DNA of 19,421 nucleotides. Source: Tubiluchus corallicola (Eukaryota > Animalia > Priapulida). The DNA is taken from contig JAQGDQ010002391.1 in assembly GCA_030141605.1 (NCBI GenBank), forward strand, positions 120,852 through 140,272, in the 5' to 3' direction. A program made the position numbers and the translations under genes. The notes beneath the pieces are model-generated. The model was not told the origin of the DNA, ran no database searches, and worked only from the letters and a program-made list of their open reading frames with translations. Of the stretch, positions 8,213 to 16,273 are shown in pieces. Each line of letters opens with the position of its first letter. The stretch's first letter is position 1.

Positions 8213-9355
8213 TTAATTTGTTATTTTGTATTGATTAATCCATTTTACCCAGTCTGTTACATCTTGTCCAAACTGTTCTTTCATTCTTTTGTTTACTGTT
8301 TCTCTTATTTCTTTTGGAAAAGCATCTTTGCCGTGTATTGCTCCTAAAATAGCTCCCATAACTTGTGCATAGCTATCTGTATCGTGTCCAAATTCTAACA
8401 TCAACTGCATACTTGCCATTGCATCATAATCTACTATTTCGGCACAAGCAAATACTACCACAATAGGCACCCAAGCTTCCCACCAGTAAGTGGTTTGCAA
8501 CTCTTGTTCTAAAATATTGAACAACTTAGCAATATTTCCCTCAGCACGTTGTACAAAATCGTGAGATTTGTCCAACCATTCATTAAGTTTTCTATCAACA
8601 TATATAACCTCATCAAAGTTGTAGGGGTCTGTATTTTTCATCGCTTGTTCAACATTTTGCCAATTACTACCTGGCTGTAATGCACGGGCTAACCCTGCCA
8701 CCAAAGCAGCATTCATATCTTTGGCAAAACCTACATCAAAGTAGCCTAACTCCCACGTTTTTAGATACACCCAATTCAAATCTTTATGGTTTAAGGCTGC
8801 TATTGGCAAAAAAGGCATCTGCCCAGCCATAGTGGGTATTCCTCCCCAAATCCTCGAAGGGGGATAGGCATTTTCTCGTTTCCCCAATACCCAATTAGTC
8901 GCATAGGCAATTTCAGGTATCCATTCATCGTAATTATCTTTATATTTTTCGGATAGTTTTTCTCTAAAATCTAATACCGATTGAGCAAAGTTTTTTTCTG
9001 TTAATTCTCCATTGTATTCTTTTAAACAGTTAAAAAATATTATTTTAAACTTTGTATCATCCGTAATAGTCCCTTCTGCTGCATAGTCGTCCCACTGTGC
9101 AAAAGGTTCAGCCTTTTTAGGATACTTGCGTAACTTAAATAACTCCCCCAACTCTTTGATACCTTCATCGGTTATTTTTCTATCAGTAGTAGTCCAAAAA
9201 CTTCTTTCTATTGGAACAACAAATTCAATAGGTCCCCCTGCTGCATCTCCAATCGCAGAACCTATTAGCATTCCTTCTACCTTATCATTAAAACTGATTT
9301 GTGCACCTAAATTTACCGCTGCAAAACAGATAAGTAATGACAGTAATATTTTCAT
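8213..9355 (-). CDS. Secreted ADP-ribosylglycohydrolase (ARH/DraG-fold) family protein
   Basis: GMLIGSAIGDAAG, GTITDDT and FGHDTDS...MGAILGAIHG metal-binding motifs; Sec/SPI signal MKILLSLLICFAAVNLGA followed by Gln. Its stop codon abuts the symporter ATG (TAA-ATG). Confidence 0.9.
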   Translation of the reverse strand: MKILLSLLICFAAVNLGAQISFNDKVEGMLIGSAIGDAAGGPIEFVVPIERSFWTTTDRKITDEGIKELGELFKLRKYPKKAEPFAQWDDYAAEGTITDDTKFKIIFFNCLKEYNGELTEKNFAQSVLDFREKLSEKYKDNYDEWIPEIAYATNWVLGKRENAYPPSRIWGGIPTMAGQMPFLPIAALNHKDLNWVYLKTWELGYFDVGFAKDMNAALVAGLARALQPGSNWQNVEQAMKNTDPYNFDEVIYVDRKLNEWLDKSHDFVQRAEGNIAKLFNILEQELQTTYWWEAWVPIVVVFACAEIVDYDAMASMQLMLEFGHDTDSYAQVMGAILGAIHGKDAFPKEIRETVNKRMKEQFGQDVTDWVKWINQYKITN

Positions 9356-9457
9356 TGTTTGTTAAACTTTAATCTTTTATTAATTTTTTATATTTTCAAG
9401 CTACAATTAAAACCCTAAACTAAATAAAAACACTGAATTAATTGTTCTTTTGTTATT

Positions 9458-10563
9458 CTATTCATACATATTAGGCAAATCGTTTTCAAACGTTGTAAAA
9501 CTATTTTCTCTAAACTTTATAAAATATTCTGCACTGCTGTGGTTAGGATATGGAGCATAAAAATGTTCCGTATGAGCATTGCACCATACTATAATGTAGG
9601 ATATGTTTTTTGCGACAGAATTATTTTTAATAGGGTCTAACAGTACTTTTGTAAACCAATCATCAATAGTAATTTTCTCGCGTCCTGTTTCTGTTAAGAC
9701 TGCAATTTTATCTTTTTCCTCCGCTATTTCAACAATCATTTCCAAGTTATTAATACCTTTTCTGGCTACCTTATTTTCATCATAGAATCCCCCATAATTA
9801 TCGTGTCCTATAATATCTACATACTCATCGCCCGGATAACGTTCAAGATATTCCTTTTTGTTTTTAAACCCATTGGGAGAATAAGCATAGATGAAATTAT
9901 GTACTTGCTTTACATCGCGTAGATATTCTACTGTAAAACGCCAAAGAGCAACAAACTCCTCTGTTGTACAATGTCTTTTCCCCCACCAAAACCAGTTACC
10001 ATTATGCTCGTGATAGGGACGAAATATAATAGGTATTAACTCCCCTCTTTGTCCTCTCAGATTTTTAGCAAAATTAGCTACTTTATCTAAAGTCTGTTTA
10101 TATAGTTCGTGTTTTTTCCCATTGGGCAATATGGAATAAATAGCACGAGTTGTGTCGTAAAAACTGTTAAGCATAATAGGATTGTAAATATGCCAACTAA
10201 ATGTATTGATACCTCCACGATTGTAGGTTTCCTTAACAGATTTTGCTATTTTCTTAAACTTTTCACTATCCTCTTTTTCAATCATAATACTTTAAAAAAC
10301 CCCCAGCCATATAATGCTGGATGCGAACTCGTTACGGCTTTAATGTCAGAATAATTTTCCTTATCCTCCCAGCCTATTCCGTACATAGTTGCATTTTGAT
10401 GCCCAAAGATAATAGTTTCGCTGCACAATTTCTTTAAATTCTTATATAGTGCTTTTGTCTCTTCCGTAGCCTCTTTATCTACAAGACTTATCTGAGTTCT
10501 TGCTTTCCTACAACCCCCTAAAATGATAAAAAGGAGACAAGGGATTGTTAATTTAATATTCAT
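9458..10563 (-). pseudogene. GH26 beta-mannanase lipoprotein split by a frameshift (ORFs 10282-10563 and 9458-10285)
   Basis: The N-terminal ORF (lipobox LGG-C, FGHQ, PALYGW) and C-terminal ORF (RGGINTFSWH, RPYHEHNG..FWWG, YPGDEYVD, LTETG) together align end to end with the adjacent intact GH26. The break is at GGGGG-TTTTTT-AAA (10304-10291). Confidence 0.88.
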
Positions 10564-10572
10564 TTTCCTGCT

Positions 10573-11676
10573 CTATTTATATATCTCTAAGTTTGTAAGG
10601 TCTTTCTGAAATAGCACTTCTGGATGCTTGTAAAACTCCACAAAATTTTCACTACTAATATGTCCTTTGTAGGGTGCATAATAATGGTCAGGTCGTCCAT
10701 TACGCCAAACTAAAACATATAAGATATTGTTTTTCGTTCCTATTGATTTTAATAATATTTCTGTCCACCAATTTCTTTCAGGAATTTGCTCAAATCCTGT
10801 TTCCGTAACAGCTGCAAGTTTATTTTTTTCGATAGATATATCATTTAGTATTTTAACTGCATTGGTAACTTTTTGTATAAAATCTTCATCCGATTTGTAT
10901 CTATAATTATCATACCCCAACAAATCTATATAGTCATCACCCGGATAGCGTTCAAGATATTTTTCTCTTGTCATTTCTCCACAAGGAGTAAAGGCATACA
11001 ATAGGTTATGAACATTCTTTGTATCTCTTAAATATTCAACAGTAAATCTCCACAATTGCTTATAGTCTTCTACGGAACATAGTTTCTCGCCCCACCAAAA
11101 CCAACTACCAGTATGCTCGTGATAGGGACGGAATATAATAGGTATTAGTTCTCCTTTGTTTCCTTTTAAACTTAGACAGAATTCAGCAACTCTATCTAAC
11201 CAAATTTTAAACTTCTCGTGTTCTTCTCCATTGGGCAATACTTGTTTTACTGAGGGAGTAATATCCCAACTATCGCCATTGGAAACGGGATTATCAGCGT
11301 GCCAACTAATGGTATTTACACCTCCTCTTGTATAGGCTTCTTTTATTAATTTTCTCATCAGGTCAAAATTCACATCATCTAAGTTCTTCTCTCTCCCAAG
11401 TTCAATATGTCCAATGTCCCATCCATATATAGCGGGATAATCGCCCGTAACATCCTTTACATCAGCCCTATTAGGCTCATATTCCCAGCCCATTCCATAT
11501 GCTGTTGCATCTTGATGACCGAACATAAGTCCTTGATTGGCAAATTTCTTCAAGTTACGGTATAGGTTTTTAGTTTCTTTGGTAGCATTTTTATCTACAA
11601 TATTTAAGTTTTCCTGACATTGACAGCCACTAAGTAATATAGAGATTATTGAACAGAGAAATATTAGTTTCTTCAT
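10573..11676 (-). CDS. GH26 beta-1,4-mannanase lipoprotein (ManA/Man26A-like)
   Basis: Lipobox LLSG-C; FGHQD, YGWD, RGGVNTISWH, IFRPYHEHTGSWFWWG (acid/base Glu), YPGDDYID, AVTETG (nucleophile), WRN and HYYAPY. Confidence 0.95.
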   Translation of the reverse strand: MKKLIFLCSIISILLSGCQCQENLNIVDKNATKETKNLYRNLKKFANQGLMFGHQDATAYGMGWEYEPNRADVKDVTGDYPAIYGWDIGHIELGREKNLDDVNFDLMRKLIKEAYTRGGVNTISWHADNPVSNGDSWDITPSVKQVLPNGEEHEKFKIWLDRVAEFCLSLKGNKGELIPIIFRPYHEHTGSWFWWGEKLCSVEDYKQLWRFTVEYLRDTKNVHNLLYAFTPCGEMTREKYLERYPGDDYIDLLGYDNYRYKSDEDFIQKVTNAVKILNDISIEKNKLAAVTETGFEQIPERNWWTEILLKSIGTKNNILYVLVWRNGRPDHYYAPYKGHISSENFVEFYKHPEVLFQKDLTNLEIYK

Positions 11677-11694
11677 AACATATAATATTATTAT

Positions 11695-12990
11695 TTAATG
11701 TATATTATTCATTTTAATATTGTATTCTTTTATTAACCCAATGGTAGAACTATCAGAGCTAAAAACAGTGTTTAAGCCTTGTGGCTCTTGTGGAGGGTCG
11801 CCAAGAAAGTCATCTCCACGTTTCCAAAAAATTTGATTTTTCACAGGCTTTGCCATCCCTCCAAAAGCCCAAAAATTGCAACCTGCAAAGCTTTTGTTGT
11901 TCTTATAATTTGTATAAATTTCTTCAAAAATCACTTTAAAGTATTTGTCTCTATACTTAGTTGAGGCATCAGGCGAAAGACTTTCTCCATTGCGCGCCAA
12001 TCCAAATTCTTCAAGAACTATTGGTTTCCTCAGCTTGTTTGCAATTAGTACGTGTTTGTTTATATATTGTTTTGCACGACTAAGTGTTGAGGGAAAAGTT
12101 TTTTCAGGGTCATTGTAGTCATACCAACTCCAATTTTTTGCCCATATATGCATTGTCAAGTAATCTATATTTTTATTATTATGAATCTTTTCAAATAGCT
12201 CCAAAGAGTTGCTACAGCCCATTTCTCCCTCATTACCAGTTGTAATAAGATGATTTTTATCAATGTTTCTAATTAGTTGAGCAGTTTCAACTACCCATTC
12301 AGAGAAAGCGTTAAAATTGTCTTTTGTAAAAGGTCTTGGCTCATTAGAAATTTCCCACGCCATAATTGTAGGGTCTTCTGTATATTTAATATTAGTGTAA
12401 TTATTAGTGCGACTTAATATAAATTTTATATGATTTTTAAATGCCTTTTTAGAACTATTGTCTCTATAAAAGTTTTGAGCATATGCTTTATAATCTTCCC
12501 AAGTAAATTCTTCCATTTCGGGATAGGGTATGTCTCCATAGCCTTGCCAGTTTAGATATTGAGAAATTCCTCCTGACCATTCCCAATTATTTGTAAGATA
12601 CAAAACAGCATAAAGCTTTCTTTTCCCCATTTCAAAAAGCAAATAATCCAAACCATCTAACAAAGTATCATTATAAACTCCCTGCTCGCTTTGTAAAGCA
12701 GGTGATACCCTAAAAGGCTGATTGTCGGGGCCTTCTGCTCCTACTAATATCCGCAAGTTATTAATGCCATTGGCTTGGAGAAAGTCTAACTCTTTTAAAA
12801 GCCTTTCTCTGTTGCCTCCTTCTCCTGTGGATGCTAAGTTTGCCCCATACCAGTAATTTGTTCCTATAAAATAATAAGGCTTTCCGCTGATTGTAAAATT
12901 ATGCCCACTTGTTTCTACAAAGTTCGTATCCTTAGATGAGCAAGAAAAAGACAGTAGCACTACACTGATAAAAACTAAGTAGTTTTTCAT
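11695..12990 (-). CDS. GH5 beta-mannanase/beta-mannosidase lipoprotein (subfamily 7-like)
   Basis: Lipobox LSFS-C; GTNYWY, LTNNWEWSGG, IMAWEISNEPR (acid/base), HIW, LEEFG (nucleophile), NFWA and C-terminal GDPPQEPQG. Confidence 0.93.
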   Translation of the reverse strand: MKNYLVFISVVLLSFSCSSKDTNFVETSGHNFTISGKPYYFIGTNYWYGANLASTGEGGNRERLLKELDFLQANGINNLRILVGAEGPDNQPFRVSPALQSEQGVYNDTLLDGLDYLLFEMGKRKLYAVLYLTNNWEWSGGISQYLNWQGYGDIPYPEMEEFTWEDYKAYAQNFYRDNSSKKAFKNHIKFILSRTNNYTNIKYTEDPTIMAWEISNEPRPFTKDNFNAFSEWVVETAQLIRNIDKNHLITTGNEGEMGCSNSLELFEKIHNNKNIDYLTMHIWAKNWSWYDYNDPEKTFPSTLSRAKQYINKHVLIANKLRKPIVLEEFGLARNGESLSPDASTKYRDKYFKVIFEEIYTNYKNNKSFAGCNFWAFGGMAKPVKNQIFWKRGDDFLGDPPQEPQGLNTVFSSDSSTIGLIKEYNIKMNNIH

Positions 12991-12996
12991 TCTTAA

Positions 12997-14565
12997 TTAT
13001 TTTACTTCAAAAATTTTACATTCTTCAAAGGTTCTATTAAATTCGTCAATGGTTTTGACTAAAATCTTATGCACCCCTTTTTCAATTTTTTCATCAATTG
13101 TACCTACCCACATTTGAGAAGAAATAGAAGGACTTGACCACGATTTAAACTCTGCTCTGTGTTTTTCAAAAAGTTTAGTTATATAAGGGTCTTTCATTCT
13201 TTTATTCGTTAATTCAATACTATAATTATCATCCAATAGTGCATATACCTTAGACTTCTTATTACTATTAAACACGTTTACTACTATTTCAATACTATTT
13301 GATTGTGCAATGGTATCAACTGGGAACTCTATTCTCACTTGCTTATTACAAGAAGCTGGGGAAAAAGTATGTTCATATTTATTGTTTTGAATGTTTAAAA
13401 CAAAATACCCATTAGGCACTCCATCAATTTGCGTAGCCGATGGAATTCCTCTTTCATCTTTGGGTCCCGTCCACCAAGTACCACTTACCGAAGCACAAAT
13501 AATTTGATGTAAAGGTTTCTTCCCTCTCCAGCCTTGTTCTTTAGCGAAATATACGTGTTCTAATGTATGGTTATGTCCTGCTATCAAAAGCAAGTTGTCT
13601 TTATCCTTTATAACATTAAAAAATTTATCTTTATCTTCTATCTTCTCTCGTGCATCTTCTGTATCTTCATAGTCAACGGGTATGTGCATGCTAATAATGA
13701 TTAATTTATCATCAGAAACATACTTTAAGTCATTTTCCAACCATTTAAGTTGTTTTTCACCTATCTTGCCCCTGTAATAATCCCACCATTTTTCTTCTAC
13801 TCCCTTTTTGCCAAACCTTTCAATATTGTCCAAAGCAATGATATGTGCATTGCCATAATCAAACGAGTAATAATTAGCTCCAAAATGCCTCTTGTAAGTA
13901 TCTGCCGAATGCTCGTTATCTGCGTCATAATCTACATCGTGGTTGCCAATAACATTATAAAAAGGAATACCTACCTGCCCTACTATTTTGTTGTGAGGCT
14001 CAAACAAAGACAAATCATCGTGAACTATGTCGCCAAGTGTAATACCAAATTCGCAGTCTATACCCACAACATCATTGATAATATCATTCTTCATAAACAT
14101 TATTTCCTCTCTGGAAGCTGTTTGAGTATCTGCAAAAACAAGAATATTGAAAGTATCTTTGGAAGCAGTTTCATACAGCGGAAAATTGACAACAGCAGGT
14201 AAGCTGCCAGTGGGTGCAAGCCCTTTATACAATAAATCTGGCGACCCATCAGGCTGGTGGATATAAAAAAACTGAGGAATATTGTATTCATTTACAGGAA
14301 CTAAAAAATCTTTGGGCTTGGTAATAAAAATAGTTGTTTTGTCATTGTAAATAGGAATTTTATAGTTTCCTTCTTTATCTGTCAAAACAACATCTTCTTG
14401 ATTAGAAACCATTACGTTAGGGATACCTTCTTCTCCTGCATCATAGACCAAATTTTTATTCTTATCATTAAAAACTTTGCCTTTAAGGTACTGTATTTGC
14501 TGCGAAAATAATTGAAGGTTACCAATAAATATGACTGCCGAAATAGCTATTGTTCTTTTTATCAT
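12997..14565 (-). CDS. Secreted calcineurin-like metallophosphoesterase (MetallophosN-Metallophos-MetallophosC architecture)
   Basis: Signal peptide ending LFS-Q; N-terminal beta domain GKVFNDKNKN...EEGIPNVMVSN...TDKEGNY; metal motifs FADTQ, LGDIVHD, IGNHD, MHIP and AGHNH; C-terminal GTWWTG...DGVPNGY. Confidence 0.92.
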   Translation of the reverse strand: MIKRTIAISAVIFIGNLQLFSQQIQYLKGKVFNDKNKNLVYDAGEEGIPNVMVSNQEDVVLTDKEGNYKIPIYNDKTTIFITKPKDFLVPVNEYNIPQFFYIHQPDGSPDLLYKGLAPTGSLPAVVNFPLYETASKDTFNILVFADTQTASREEIMFMKNDIINDVVGIDCEFGITLGDIVHDDLSLFEPHNKIVGQVGIPFYNVIGNHDVDYDADNEHSADTYKRHFGANYYSFDYGNAHIIALDNIERFGKKGVEEKWWDYYRGKIGEKQLKWLENDLKYVSDDKLIIISMHIPVDYEDTEDAREKIEDKDKFFNVIKDKDNLLLIAGHNHTLEHVYFAKEQGWRGKKPLHQIICASVSGTWWTGPKDERGIPSATQIDGVPNGYFVLNIQNNKYEHTFSPASCNKQVRIEFPVDTIAQSNSIEIVVNVFNSNKKSKVYALLDDNYSIELTNKRMKDPYITKLFEKHRAEFKSWSSPSISSQMWVGTIDEKIEKGVHKILVKTIDEFNRTFEECKIFEVK

Positions 14566-14580
14566 TATTCAATTTTTTTA

Positions 14581-16245
14581 TTACCACCCCGGATTGTTAG
14601 GGCCAAATAATTTATTGCTTGTTACCTCTGTAAGAGGAATAGGAAATAACAAGTTTTTAGGTTCTCTCGTTTTATTCACAATGCCATTATTTTTATGGTT
14701 TCTTGTCTTGATATGATTCATAACCTGCAAATATACTCCCCATCGCAATAAATCTAACCTACGTACCCCTTCTCCTACAAACTCTAAAAGTCTTTCTTCA
14801 AAAATAAAAGAACGCAGCTGGTCTTGGTTCAAATTCCTATCTACCAAAGGAGCATTTCTAGCTGTACGCAATACATCCAACTTATCGAATACATCCGCAG
14901 TAGGCCCATTCAACTCATTTTCAGCTTCAGCATACAATAAGTAAGCCTCAGAATATCTTACCAGTGGGAAATCTTGTAGCGAATTTAGAGTTCTCACATC
15001 ATCTTCATACTTTACTATTGTAGGATCCTCCATCTCACCCAAATAATACTTCATAAGGTAACACTCTTCTGCATAACCAGGTACTACTTCGTCCTCTCCA
15101 TAAATACCTCTATATACAGCACTATCTTCAAGAGGGAAATAACAATATTTATCATCGTACGCATATCTTGAATACACGTGGCATATTCCATATTTTGCTC
15201 TGTGGTCTTCCTTGTCGTACAAGTAGTATAAATCAGGAACATAAGGTATCCAACCCGTTCCTTGTAATCCAGTAGGAGAAAAATAAGTGTTTAAATGTTC
15301 CGTCCTATATCTTATGTCCGCACTACTACCTACTACAGCCCATATAAATTCATCACCTCCATGATGAGCTGGAAACCACATTGTAGCCCAATTCTCTAAG
15401 GCATACTCATTGCTCTCTATTAGCCTACTAGCCACTGCCTTGGCAGAGTCATAAACTATCGTAGGGTCAAAATCATAACCCTCTACTTTACTTTTAGTAA
15501 ATGTTTCACTTGTTTTCTGCACTGCATCTTCATCGCCATCGTAAAAAGCATACAAATTAACCGACATAGATTTAGCTTCCAAAGCACCTGACCCCATAGT
15601 AGCATATGCCCTTGCCAAAAGTCCTTGTGCCGCTCCCTTTGTAATATGCCCATAATTGACTAAGCCATCACTTTTAAGAGACAACAAACTTTCAGCCTTA
15701 TGCAAATCCTCTGTTATTCTACCATAGACCTCCTTAATAGAAGAGCGAGCCATATCAATAGGCTCAGATGTAGCTAGCCTAAGAGGCACGCGACCATATA
15801 TTTGTACCAACTGCAAATAACACCACGCACGCATTGTATAAGCCTCGCCCAAATATTGATTTGTTATTGCCTGCTCCGTACTTACATCGTTTATTGTAGC
15901 TATAATAATATTAGCATTACGAATGAGTGTATAAAAAACAGAAAACAAATCGGACTGCCCATTATAAGCCCAATGAGCAGTAACATTGCCTGCACCAGGG
16001 CCTGCCATTACCCAGTCTTCTCCATTTACCCAGTCATTGTCATATGCCAACCACTCCATATAGGTTTTTTTCATCATATAAGTAGTATAAAGATTGCTAT
16101 ACATACCTGTTATCATCATTTTTACTCCTTCTTCGCTACTTGCAAGGTTTTCAGGGGATAAAAATGTGTAAGGTTCTTCATCTAAAAACTTCGAGCAGTT
16201 AGAAAAACCAATAATTACTATAATTAAAAAAATATATATCTTCAT
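14581..16245 (-). CDS. SusD/RagB family nutrient-binding outer-membrane lipoprotein
   Basis: Lipobox FSN-C followed by SKFLDEEP; GEAYTMRAWCYLQLVQIYGRVPL, TKGAAQGLLAR, PLVRYSEAYLLYAEA, ERLLEFVGEGVRRLDLLRWG and terminal NPGW. Confidence 0.96.
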   Translation of the reverse strand: MKIYIFLIIVIIGFSNCSKFLDEEPYTFLSPENLASSEEGVKMMITGMYSNLYTTYMMKKTYMEWLAYDNDWVNGEDWVMAGPGAGNVTAHWAYNGQSDLFSVFYTLIRNANIIIATINDVSTEQAITNQYLGEAYTMRAWCYLQLVQIYGRVPLRLATSEPIDMARSSIKEVYGRITEDLHKAESLLSLKSDGLVNYGHITKGAAQGLLARAYATMGSGALEAKSMSVNLYAFYDGDEDAVQKTSETFTKSKVEGYDFDPTIVYDSAKAVASRLIESNEYALENWATMWFPAHHGGDEFIWAVVGSSADIRYRTEHLNTYFSPTGLQGTGWIPYVPDLYYLYDKEDHRAKYGICHVYSRYAYDDKYCYFPLEDSAVYRGIYGEDEVVPGYAEECYLMKYYLGEMEDPTIVKYEDDVRTLNSLQDFPLVRYSEAYLLYAEAENELNGPTADVFDKLDVLRTARNAPLVDRNLNQDQLRSFIFEERLLEFVGEGVRRLDLLRWGVYLQVMNHIKTRNHKNNGIVNKTREPKNLLFPIPLTEVTSNKLFGPNNPGW

Positions 16246-16273
16246 CTCTCTATGCTTTTAAATTGACAATTAA

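Noticed and set aside
8213-9355. ARH as a toxin-immunity protein or DraG nitrogenase regulator
   Set aside because: It has a signal peptide, and there is no ADP-ribosyltransferase, Rhs/secretion or nif gene in the window.
9356-9465. Possible eroded lipoprotein signal peptide (MNRITK-RTINSVFLFSLGF-LIVA*) in the 102-bp gap between the split GH26 and the ARH gene
   Set aside because: It needs two frameshifts and a stop-to-Cys edit over about 25 codons of AT-rich DNA, which cannot be told from chance without a comparative alignment.
10291-10304. Canonical programmed -1 ribosomal frameshift or G/T-tract phase variation in the split GH26
   Set aside because: No in-frame X XXY YYZ heptamer, and the -1 frame has TAA at 10294-10292 directly after the T run.
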